A stretch of 64,000 bases of DNA from Bdellovibrionales bacterium. Its GTDB lineage: Bacteria; Bdellovibrionota; Bdellovibrionia; Bdellovibrionales; UBA1609. The position numbers and the translations under genes were made by a program. Position 1 is the first letter of the stretch. Every line of letters begins with the position of its first letter. The notes beneath the pieces are model-generated. The model made no database searches. It was given only the letters and a program-made list of their open reading frames with translations, and was not told the origin of the DNA. The stretch is taken from NCBI GenBank assembly GCA_022450595.1, contig JAKUPT010000004.1:5019-69018 (forward strand), written 5' to 3'. Of the stretch, positions 18,501 through 26,079 are shown piece by piece.

Positions 18501-18847
18501 AAACAGCATATGGAGCAATGTTTGTACCATGTACAAACTTATTGTGTTTTGCTTTGACCATTAAAAAGTGACAATATTTGTGAGTTTTCTTGAAAACATT
18601 ACTATGTTTCTTTTCATGACCTAAATTATTAACAATAATTGTATCACCTAATTTTCCAGAAACTTCTAAATCTCTGTATTCATTGTGCTTTAAATTTTAA
18701 TTACCTGATTATGGCTTCTATAAAATAATATGATCTACATTTTTTAACCCAAGTCTTTACCTTACTGGTCTGTACTACACCAGCCTAACAGCTGGGCAGG
18801 CCAGGAGGGCCGCAATCACTAGGATGGTGTGACTCAAGGGGGATAAA

Positions 18848-19222
18848 ATGACAAAACTCAACAATACACTCATTGATCAATGTAAAGAGAAGTTGATAAA
18901 TGCAAAAGCGGACGTGTTAAATCAATTGTCGATGTTGAGGGAGTCATTTGTCACTCGAGAGAAAGGCGGCGATGAAGTAGATCAGTCCATAAATAATCGT
19001 GCAGAAACTGAGTTTCTTGCCTCTAACGCCAGACTTCGCCGCCAAATTTTTGAAATTGAATCCGCACTCAATCGTATACATTCAGGTACATATGGAGTGT
19101 GTGAAATTACAGGAGAGCCCATAGAGTCGGCTCGATTAAAAAGCCTTCCTTGGACACGTTTAAGTGTAGAGGGAGCTGAACTTCTTGAACAGCAAGCTAA
19201 ACGTCAAGTGGTTCACTATTAA
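18848..19222 (+). CDS. DksA/TraR-family RNA-polymerase-binding protein lacking the 4-Cys zinc finger
   Basis: 124 aa. Coiled-coil tip GGDEVDQSINNRAE (DxxDx[A/S]). The C-terminal region YGVCEITGEPIESARLKSLPWTRLSVEGAE aligns with [28 protein letters not shown] of DksA but keeps only 1 of 4 Cys. SD AAGGGGGA lies upstream. Confidence 0.75.
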   Translation: MTKLNNTLIDQCKEKLINAKADVLNQLSMLRESFVTREKGGDEVDQSINNRAETEFLASNARLRRQIFEIESALNRIHSGTYGVCEITGEPIESARLKSLPWTRLSVEGAELLEQQAKRQVVHY

Positions 19223-19256
19223 TTACGGCGATAAAACGCAAACCCCTTCTTTTTCT

Positions 19257-19290
19257 GGGAGCCTTCGGGCTCCCTTTTTTATTTTTTTTC
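19257..19290 (+). terminator. rho-independent terminator after the DksA-family gene
   Basis: GGGAGCC-TTCG-GGCTCCC hairpin (19257-19274), followed by TTTTTTATTTTTTTT. Confidence 0.85.
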
Positions 19291-19507
19291 TTTAGTTTTC
19301 TAAAGATTTTGTTGTGTTCTCCTAGACCTAAGTGTTTATCAACATCATCAAAGGTCCTAACTACTTGTATAAATTATCTATATGGTACAAAGCGACTCAA
19401 AAACCGGACCTGTTTTTTTGATTTTTTCCTTAATACTCTGCAACCATTCACCGAATCAAATGTGTAAGAACAACAGCAATCAACATTGTGCCTAAGTGGA
19501 GGCTTGC

Positions 19508-21913
19508 ATGAGTTTTGACGATATGATCTTGGAAATACCTGAAAAGTTACCGATGTTACCTGTGAGAGATATTGTGGTCTTTCCCTACATGATCTTACCT
19601 TTATATGTTGGTAGAGATGCATCTATAAGAGCAGTTGAAGAGTCGCTTTCAAAAAGTCGACTGATCTTCTTGGCATCACAAAAAGATATTGCCGAGGAGA
19701 ACCCAACAGAAAGCAGCATTTATAAAATTGGAACCATCGCTCGCATCATGAGAATGAGAAAGTTAGCAGATGGAAGAGTTAAGATTTTAATTCAAGGTGT
19801 GGCAAAAGGTGAAATTAAAAAGTTCACAAACACTGACCCTAACTTTGAAGTAAATGTGGACCGCATTGACGAACTCAATGAAACATACTCTGATATTGAG
19901 TGTGAAGCCGTTGTGAGAAACGCCAAAGAGCAGCTTGAAAAAATCATTGCTCTTGGAAGATCACTATCTCCAGATATCCTATTGGTATTAAATGACCTAA
20001 CTGATCCAGGAAGACTGGCTGATTTAATTGCTTCTAATTTAAGACTAAAAGTTTCTGATTCCCAAAAAGTTTTAGAAATCAGTAACCCTCTTGATAAATT
20101 AAAACTAGTTAATGAAATTCTTGAAAACGAGCTAGAAGTTTTACAAATGCAGGCTCGCATTAGAAACACTGCTAAAGACGAAATGTCTAAAAGCCAAAGA
20201 GAGTATTTTTTACGCGAACAAATGCGTGCTATTAAAAATGAACTTGGCGAAAATGACTCTAAGTCTGACGAGGTTGATGATTTAAGAGAGCGCATTCATA
20301 AAGCCAATATGCCTGAAGATGTTTTACAGGAAACCTTAAAACAGCTTCAAAGAATGGAACGCATGCATCCAGATGCCAGTGAAGCTTCAATGCTTAGAAC
20401 TTATCTTGACTGGATGGTTGATCTTCCATGGAGCAAAGCCTCTAATGACAGTTTAGATTTAGATCATGCTAAAAAAGTATTAGATGACGATCACTATGAT
20501 CTTGCAAAAGTTAAAGATCGCATTCTTGAATTCTTAGCTGTTAGAAAGCTTAAAGATGATATGAAGGGGCCAATACTTTGTTTTAGTGGACCTCCAGGGG
20601 TTGGTAAAACTTCACTTGGTAAAAGTATTGCTCGTGCCATGGGTCGTGAGTATCACAGAATTGCCCTTGGTGGTGTAAAAGATGAAGCAGAAATCCGTGG
20701 ACATAGACGTACATATGTTGGTGCAATGCCCGGTAAAATTATTCAGGCTTTAAAGTCCGTTAAAACCAACAACCCTGTTATTGTTTTGGATGAAATTGAT
20801 AAGCTTGGTTCTGACTTCCGTGGTGACCCAAGTGCTGCCATGCTAGAGGTTTTAGATCCAGAACAAAACTCTACTTTTAGAGATAACTACCTAAATGTAG
20901 ACTTTGATTTAAGTAACGTTTTGTTTATCGCAACTTCTAACGTATTTGAGAATATTCCTCCGGCATTACGTGACCGTATGGAAACCATTCACCTTACTGG
21001 TTATACCGAAAGCGATAAACTTTTAATTACTAAAAAACATGTTATTCGTCGTCAGCTTGAAAACAATGGTCTTAAGCCAGATCAAGTGGAGTTTACAGAT
21101 GAAGGCGTTAAATTTTTAATCTCTCACTACACTAGAGAGGCTGGTCTTCGTAACTTAGAAAGAGAAGTCGGCTCTGTTTGTAGAAAAATCGCTAAGAAAG
21201 TTGTTTTAGATGAAGGAGATCACTTTGTTGTTGATAAAGAGGTTATCACCGACTTACTTGGCGCTCCTAGATTCTTAAGAGACGATGCTCTTAACGAAAG
21301 CCAAATTGGAATTGTGACCGGTCTTGCTTGGACTCAAGCTGGTGGTGAAACACTGTTTGTAGAATCACTAAAAATGAAGGGCACTGGCCAATTAAAACTT
21401 ACAGGACAACTTGGTGACGTGATGAAAGAGTCCGCTCAAGCAGCCATGAGTTATGCCAGAAGCCACTCTAAAGAGCTTGGAATAAATGATGAATGGTTTG
21501 AAAAAAATGACGTGCACATTCACTTTCCTGCTGGCGCTATCCCAAAAGATGGGCCTAGTGCAGGGATCACCATTGCCTCAGCTCTTATAAGCCTTATGAC
21601 AGACACACCGGTTCGTCATGATGTGGCCATGACTGGTGAGGTGACATTGGCTGGACGTGTTCTGCCAGTGGGTGGAATTAAAGAAAAGGCCCTGGCTGCA
21701 TTAAACCAAGGTATTGAGAATGTGATTATCCCAATGGCCAATAAAAAAGACATTTCAGATATTCCTGAAGAGTTTAAGCAAAAGATCAACTTCACCTTTG
21801 TTGAAAATTTAGATGAAGTTTTTGCTGTGGCCTTTGATAAAAAGACTCGCAAAAAGTCTACATCAAAAGGTGGGCGCAAAGGTAAGTCTGCTGCTGCCGC
21901 TTCAGCCGCCTAA
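19508..21913 (+). CDS. lon: ATP-dependent Lon protease
   Basis: LPMLPVRDIVVFPYMILPLYVGR (Lon N domain), GPPGVGKTSLGKSIA (Walker A), DGPSAGITIASALISL (catalytic Ser). I chose the ATG at 19508 because GGAGG lies 5 nt upstream; the ORF-track GTG at 19496 is itself part of that SD. Confidence 0.95.
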   Translation: MSFDDMILEIPEKLPMLPVRDIVVFPYMILPLYVGRDASIRAVEESLSKSRLIFLASQKDIAEENPTESSIYKIGTIARIMRMRKLADGRVKILIQGVAKGEIKKFTNTDPNFEVNVDRIDELNETYSDIECEAVVRNAKEQLEKIIALGRSLSPDILLVLNDLTDPGRLADLIASNLRLKVSDSQKVLEISNPLDKLKLVNEILENELEVLQMQARIRNTAKDEMSKSQREYFLREQMRAIKNELGENDSKSDEVDDLRERIHKANMPEDVLQETLKQLQRMERMHPDASEASMLRTYLDWMVDLPWSKASNDSLDLDHAKKVLDDDHYDLAKVKDRILEFLAVRKLKDDMKGPILCFSGPPGVGKTSLGKSIARAMGREYHRIALGGVKDEAEIRGHRRTYVGAMPGKIIQALKSVKTNNPVIVLDEIDKLGSDFRGDPSAAMLEVLDPEQNSTFRDNYLNVDFDLSNVLFIATSNVFENIPPALRDRMETIHLTGYTESDKLLITKKHVIRRQLENNGLKPDQVEFTDEGVKFLISHYTREAGLRNLEREVGSVCRKIAKKVVLDEGDHFVVDKEVITDLLGAPRFLRDDALNESQIGIVTGLAWTQAGGETLFVESLKMKGTGQLKLTGQLGDVMKESAQAAMSYARSHSKELGINDEWFEKNDVHIHFPAGAIPKDGPSAGITIASALISLMTDTPVRHDVAMTGEVTLAGRVLPVGGIKEKALAALNQGIENVIIPMANKKDISDIPEEFKQKINFTFVENLDEVFAVAFDKKTRKKSTSKGGRKGKSAAAASAA

Positions 21914-21933
21914 TTATTCATAAAATTTAAAAC

Positions 21934-21966
21934 AAAAAAGCCGGTCCTGATCAGGACCGGCTTTTT
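21934..21966. terminator. bidirectional rho-independent terminator between lon and the convergent HTH gene
   Basis: AAAAAAG-CCGGTCCTGA/TCAGGACCGG-CTTTTT. This is a perfect GC-rich palindrome flanked by an A-run and a T-run. Confidence 0.85.
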
Positions 21967-22008
21967 ATTTGGGTATTTTTGGGTCTTAAAACAATTGGGG
22001 CACAATTG

Positions 22009-22476
22009 TTAAAATTTAAAATCTTGGTCTTTCATGGACTCAAACAAACGATCTTCTGTAGATAACCTTTTTAATCGATCATTTTCTTGTTCCAACACCT
22101 TTATTAAGGTTTTTAAATCAGCAATCTCTTCTTTCAAAGTGTTAATATGCTCATCTTTGGTTTGGAGATTCTGGCTGTATGTAGCCTTCAGCTCCTCTAG
22201 TATTTTAGACGCAGCAACAAAGGCAGATGGTTCATTTGAGTTTTTACTCTCAACTTTCAACTTTGGCTCATCGTCCTTTTGTGGGGGGGCGATCACCTTG
22301 TTGGAACTCACGGCCACATCTTGCTGCTCTAGATCTATGTCTTTGATCCAGTATTTGCCATCATCAAAAACATACTCGATCGCATCTTTTTTGATTCGGC
22401 GGCGCAAAGTGGAGACACTCACATCATACTTAAGTGCATATTCATTTAGTGATAACAAGTTCTCATCCGCTTTCAA
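22009..22476 (-). CDS. small DNA-binding protein: N-terminal MerR/excisionase-type HTH + C-terminal coiled coil
   Basis: LSLNEYALKYDVSVSTLRRRIKKDAIEY is HTH-like. The C-terminal heptad-rich segment is KDEHINTLKEEIADLKTLIKVLEQENDRLKRL. The full-length antisense ORF (22034-22480) is Ser-rich, as expected for the mirror of a Lys/Glu-rich gene. Confidence 0.65.
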   Translation of the reverse strand: MKADENLLSLNEYALKYDVSVSTLRRRIKKDAIEYVFDDGKYWIKDIDLEQQDVAVSSNKVIAPPQKDDEPKLKVESKNSNEPSAFVAASKILEELKATYSQNLQTKDEHINTLKEEIADLKTLIKVLEQENDRLKRLSTEDRLFESMKDQDFKF

Positions 22477-22736
22477 CTGATCGCCTCCTCAATGACTATT
22501 CAAATTTAGCACAGCTTTTCTGCTTGTAAAGACCTAGTCATGAATATGTAAAAAAATGGGTTAAAGTCCAGTTCAACTGCCTATTCAAGGGGTGTTCACT
22601 AGACCTTCATCTGAATTGAACAGGGTGTTTCATCCCTCTGATCAGGACCTTGATCCTGAGCAACTCAGTTAGAATAGGATTTAACAAACAGCCATAAGTT
22701 TTGTCATAAATTTTAATCAAAGATAAACCCACAAAT

Positions 22737-22780
22737 TTATCCACATAGTTTTACAGTGTTTTTCCACAGACTTATCCACA
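22737..22780 (+). promoter_or_regulatory. cluster of three co-oriented DnaA boxes
   Basis: TTATCCACA (22737-22745, perfect), TTTTCCACA (22760-22768, 1 mismatch), TTATCCACA (22772-22780, perfect). They lie 20-64 nt upstream of the patatin ORF start. Confidence 0.7.
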
Positions 22781-22800
22781 ATCCTTTTCTTTGACGCTTT

Positions 22801-24063
22801 ATGAAAAGCCGCAGTAAAATAATAAGCATGGGACAACAAAACTACTCACACAAACAGAAGCCTTCACTTGTATTAAGCGGTGGGGGCATTAAAGCCGCAG
22901 CATTTCATATTGGAGTTTGTCTAGCACTAAGAGAAAAAGGTTTCCGCTTTGCCGGAGGCTCTAAAGTGCATGTTCAAGATCAATACTCTGAAGATGCATT
23001 AACATTTAAAAATTATGTAGGATCCAGTGCAGGGTCTGTCATTTGCACCTTTTTAGCTGCAGGATATAGTATTGAATCTATAGTCGAAGCCTTTGCTCTT
23101 GGTGCCGCAGGCCTTACCGATGTTTCAAGACGCAGAAATAAAAACCAAAGAGAGCCAAACATTAAGCTAAAGCCCTTAAATTACAAAGATATTTTTGGAC
23201 TAAACATTGATGCAAGCCTGGCAACACGTCTTATGCCTAACTTCTTTAAAAAGAAACCTCTTATTTCTGGTGGCTTTGAAGTTTTATTGAAACAGGGCTT
23301 TAAGGTCAATGGACTGTTTAATATGAAAAACCTTGAACGCTATATGCGTGAGAACGTTTTAGACGACAACCACTTTAAATCTCTTGGTGTTAATTTAAAT
23401 ATTGTTGCCACACAACTAAATCACTCTCGGAAAGTCGTTTTTGGTCCCTTTGATCAAACCACCAAGACCAAAGACATAAAATACGCAAGCTATGCAACCA
23501 TCAGTGAGGCTGTGGCCGCCTCGGCCAGCCTTCCGCCAGCATTTGCTCCGTATGGTATTAAAAATGAGAAAAATAAGACCATTTTCTTTTTTGATGGAGA
23601 GATTAGAGACACCCTTTCCACTCATGTGGCCTCTGATGCTGGCTCTGATTTAGTGATTTCGTCTTACTCTATACAGCCCTATCACTTTAATAAGGAAATT
23701 GGCTCGTTACATGAATACGGAATTCCTGCGATTTTTAATCAGGCCCTTTATCAGCTCGTGCAGCAAAAAATTGATAAACATATTGATCATCAAAAAAGAA
23801 TCAACAGCCTAATAAATACAGTGAATGGCTATCTTAAAGAGATTCAACTTCCTCAGGACCAAAGAGAAAAGCTTATGGATATTTTAATTGAACGAACTCA
23901 ACATCAAAAAGATGTTGATTACATATATATTCATCCAAGCCCTCAAGACTATAAGATGTTCTTCTATGATCACTTTAGTTTAAATCCAGTGGTGCTTGAG
24001 CAGATAGTCAGAACAGGCTTCAAGGCTGCCATGACTACTCTTCGAAAGATAAAATTTCAATAA
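22801..24063 (+). CDS. patatin-like phospholipase
   Basis: LVLSGGGIKAAAFHIG (oxyanion GGGxK), VGSSAGS (GxSxG nucleophile), FFFDGEIRD (catalytic Asp in DG[AE]). The start is ambiguous (22801 or ATG 22828) and neither has a clear SD. Confidence 0.85.
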   Translation: MKSRSKIISMGQQNYSHKQKPSLVLSGGGIKAAAFHIGVCLALREKGFRFAGGSKVHVQDQYSEDALTFKNYVGSSAGSVICTFLAAGYSIESIVEAFALGAAGLTDVSRRRNKNQREPNIKLKPLNYKDIFGLNIDASLATRLMPNFFKKKPLISGGFEVLLKQGFKVNGLFNMKNLERYMRENVLDDNHFKSLGVNLNIVATQLNHSRKVVFGPFDQTTKTKDIKYASYATISEAVAASASLPPAFAPYGIKNEKNKTIFFFDGEIRDTLSTHVASDAGSDLVISSYSIQPYHFNKEIGSLHEYGIPAIFNQALYQLVQQKIDKHIDHQKRINSLINTVNGYLKEIQLPQDQREKLMDILIERTQHQKDVDYIYIHPSPQDYKMFFYDHFSLNPVVLEQIVRTGFKAAMTTLRKIKFQ

Positions 24064-24080
24064 TTTCAATTAGTTAGCGT

Positions 24081-24104
24081 GGCTATTCAGCCAACTGAAT
24101 AGCC
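24081..24104. terminator. 10-bp perfect hairpin between convergent genes (possible terminator, no U-tract)
   Basis: GGCTATTCAG-CCAA-CTGAATAGCC. Confidence 0.35.
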
Positions 24105-24114
24105 TGTGACTAGG

Positions 24115-24510
24115 CTAGATATTCACCTTATAGTTTTCATTACAAGGTGTTCTAAGATTGGTTTGATAGTTGTAGTTTTTAACCTCTTCAAGGCCTGTTA
24201 ACATAAATTCTACGTCTACTTTGATAACCATATTGGTGATTTTCACAGGACTTTCAACTGTACAGTTTTCGTCATTTTGCCACTCAACAGTTTCGATGAG
24301 CATTTGGTAGTTTAAGACCTTTACTTTAGAAAACTCTGTTAGATCATAACTTATTAAGTAATTTCTGGTATTTGCATCATTAAATAATGCCTTTTGTATT
24401 GTCTGTTTGTCGCTTGTTTTAGGAACTTCATAGAATGAGTCTATAACATTCCAGGCTGCTAATAGATTTGATGAAACCAATAAAGCAGTTAGTAAGACTA
24501 AATATTTCAT
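24115..24510 (-). CDS. small secreted hypothetical protein (131 aa) trailing the nuo operon
   Basis: Signal peptide MKYLVLLTALLVSSNLLA. AAGGAGAGGGGA SD lies before the ATG at 24510 (longest ORF starts at 24546). Two Cys in the mature part. It starts 59 nt downstream of nuoN. Confidence 0.6.
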   Translation of the reverse strand: MKYLVLLTALLVSSNLLAAWNVIDSFYEVPKTSDKQTIQKALFNDANTRNYLISYDLTEFSKVKVLNYQMLIETVEWQNDENCTVESPVKITNMVIKVDVEFMLTGLEEVKNYNYQTNLRTPCNENYKVNI

Positions 24511-24569
24511 GCTCTCCCCTCTCCTTGAGCGTATTTTAATAGTCACCCCTATTGCTTTTTAACTACAGG

Positions 24570-26069
24570 CTAAAATAATGTCATAACTGAGTGACCAATT
24601 AAATCATAAAACAGCTGAGAGAGAAGTCCAGCAATAATCACAAAGAGTGATGCAAAAAACACAGTAAACTTAGTTGACTGCGCATCATCTCTTAACATGC
24701 TTTGTTGCCCAAAATCAGCTTCTTTCATGTACATATACACAACTGGTCTTAGGTAATAATAAACACTCACCACGGAGCTTATAACACCCCAAATTGTAAT
24801 CCAATATAGCCCCTGCTTGATGGCTGATGAGAAGACAAAGAACTTTCCAAAGAAACCAATTGTTGGCGGTATCCCAGCAAGGCTGATTAAAATGGCAGTT
24901 AAGCTAAAAGCCACATAAGGGTTTGAAGTGGCTAGTCCTTTTAAGTCATTAATATTTACTTGAGTGTCATGTTGTTTTTCAAACAAGGCCACAACAGCAA
25001 AAGATCCTATAGTCATAACAGCATAACTTAATGAATAAAATAAAACTGCACTCACGCCTTCTACTTGGCTTCCGGGAAGACTGGCCGCGATGAGGCCCAC
25101 AAGAATATAACCTGAATGTGAGATACTAGAATATGCAAGCATACGCTTTAAATTGTCCTGCTTGATCGCCACAAAATTACCAACAACCATAGTAATTACT
25201 GCCAACCACTGTAGCACTTGAGAAATAATAGAATCCGGAGTTAATACAAAGTCGGTGAGCATAAACCGGATCAGAGCGATAAATACGACCACTTTTACTC
25301 CAGTAGCCATAAATGCTGTAATAGAAGTCGGAGAGCCTTGATACACATCAGGGGTCCAAGCATGAAAGGGCACAATAGCCACTTTAAAAACAAAGCCCAC
25401 TAAGGTGAAGAGAATACCAATAATAAATATTCTGTGAGTTAAAACCATCTCAGCGGCCATCTCGCTAATGTCTGGCAAATAAGTGCTGCCAGTTGCTCCA
25501 TACAAAAAGGCCATGCCATAAAGTAAAATGGCAGAAGCAAAGCTTCCTAACACAAAGTACTTAAAGGCCGATTCTTTTGAAAAGATGGGCTCGTGACTCA
25601 TAGCAATCATGATGTATAGACACAATGACATCATCTCAATTCCTATAAAAGTTAAGATAAGATCATTGGACCAAGCAACCACCATCATCCCGACAGCTGC
25701 ATTTAATAGTAAAAAACAAAATTCAGAAAAAAGTTCCCCTTTTAAGGCAAGACTGTCTCTAGAAAGAAGAAGTGCAAAAATAGAAATTACTATAACCATT
25801 AAACTTGCAAAAGATGACAGGCCGTCCATAACCAAGGCATCAGAAAAAGCTAACTGTGAGCCGCCTTCAAGAATTTGTCGAAATACCACAGCAACACTAA
25901 AGCCTGCTGCTACAAAAAGACCAATTAAGCTCACTCCATAGCTAGTAAATAAAGAGTCTGCTTTGTTGCCATTTATTACTTTTAAAAAAACAGGCAAAAG
26001 ACTAAATAGAAATAAAACTATTGCTGGAGATACTAAAAATACGTCGTTCCATCCAAATGACAATTCCAT
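24570..26069 (-). CDS. nuoN: NADH-quinone oxidoreductase subunit N
   Basis: 499 aa polytopic antiporter-like protein with the typical NuoN/ND2 pattern (..PFHAWTPDVYQGSPT..). It is last in the nuo gene order. Confidence 0.9.
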   Translation of the reverse strand: MELSFGWNDVFLVSPAIVLFLFSLLPVFLKVINGNKADSLFTSYGVSLIGLFVAAGFSVAVVFRQILEGGSQLAFSDALVMDGLSSFASLMVIVISIFALLLSRDSLALKGELFSEFCFLLLNAAVGMMVVAWSNDLILTFIGIEMMSLCLYIMIAMSHEPIFSKESAFKYFVLGSFASAILLYGMAFLYGATGSTYLPDISEMAAEMVLTHRIFIIGILFTLVGFVFKVAIVPFHAWTPDVYQGSPTSITAFMATGVKVVVFIALIRFMLTDFVLTPDSIISQVLQWLAVITMVVGNFVAIKQDNLKRMLAYSSISHSGYILVGLIAASLPGSQVEGVSAVLFYSLSYAVMTIGSFAVVALFEKQHDTQVNINDLKGLATSNPYVAFSLTAILISLAGIPPTIGFFGKFFVFSSAIKQGLYWITIWGVISSVVSVYYYLRPVVYMYMKEADFGQQSMLRDDAQSTKFTVFFASLFVIIAGLLSQLFYDLIGHSVMTLF

Positions 26070-26079
26070 GAATACCCTC

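Noticed and set aside
18765-18840. The GC-rich segment upstream of the DksA-family gene considered as an SRP (4.5S) RNA or other known small RNA.
   Set aside because: It lacks the conserved SRP helix-8 sequence (GGUCC-GGAA-GGAAGCAGCC) and a GNRA tetraloop. There is no match to tRNA, tmRNA or 6S features that I can recognise. I kept it only as an unexplained structured leader.
19374-19622. An 82-aa minus-strand ORF overlapping the lon start region.
   Set aside because: It is Cys/Arg-rich and has no RBS. It overlaps the lon SD and N-terminal codons, so it is probably spurious.
19792-20295. A 167-aa antisense ORF inside lon.
   Set aside because: It is a Ser/Leu-rich mirror image of a Glu/Lys-rich coiled region of Lon, with no independent signals.
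22034-22480. A full-length 148-aa plus-strand ORF antisense to the HTH/coiled-coil gene.
   Set aside because: Its Ser/Phe-rich composition is what the reverse complement of a Lys/Glu/Leu-rich gene produces. The minus-strand product has a recognisable HTH and heptad repeats.
21947-22649. An exact 12-mer CTGATCAGGACC present on both sides of the HTH gene (21947-21958 and 22638-22649), considered as flanking repeats of an inserted cassette.
   Set aside because: A rough expectation is a few 12-mer pairs within 700 bp by chance over 64 kb. One copy is simply part of the lon terminator palindrome. There are no other mobile-element features.
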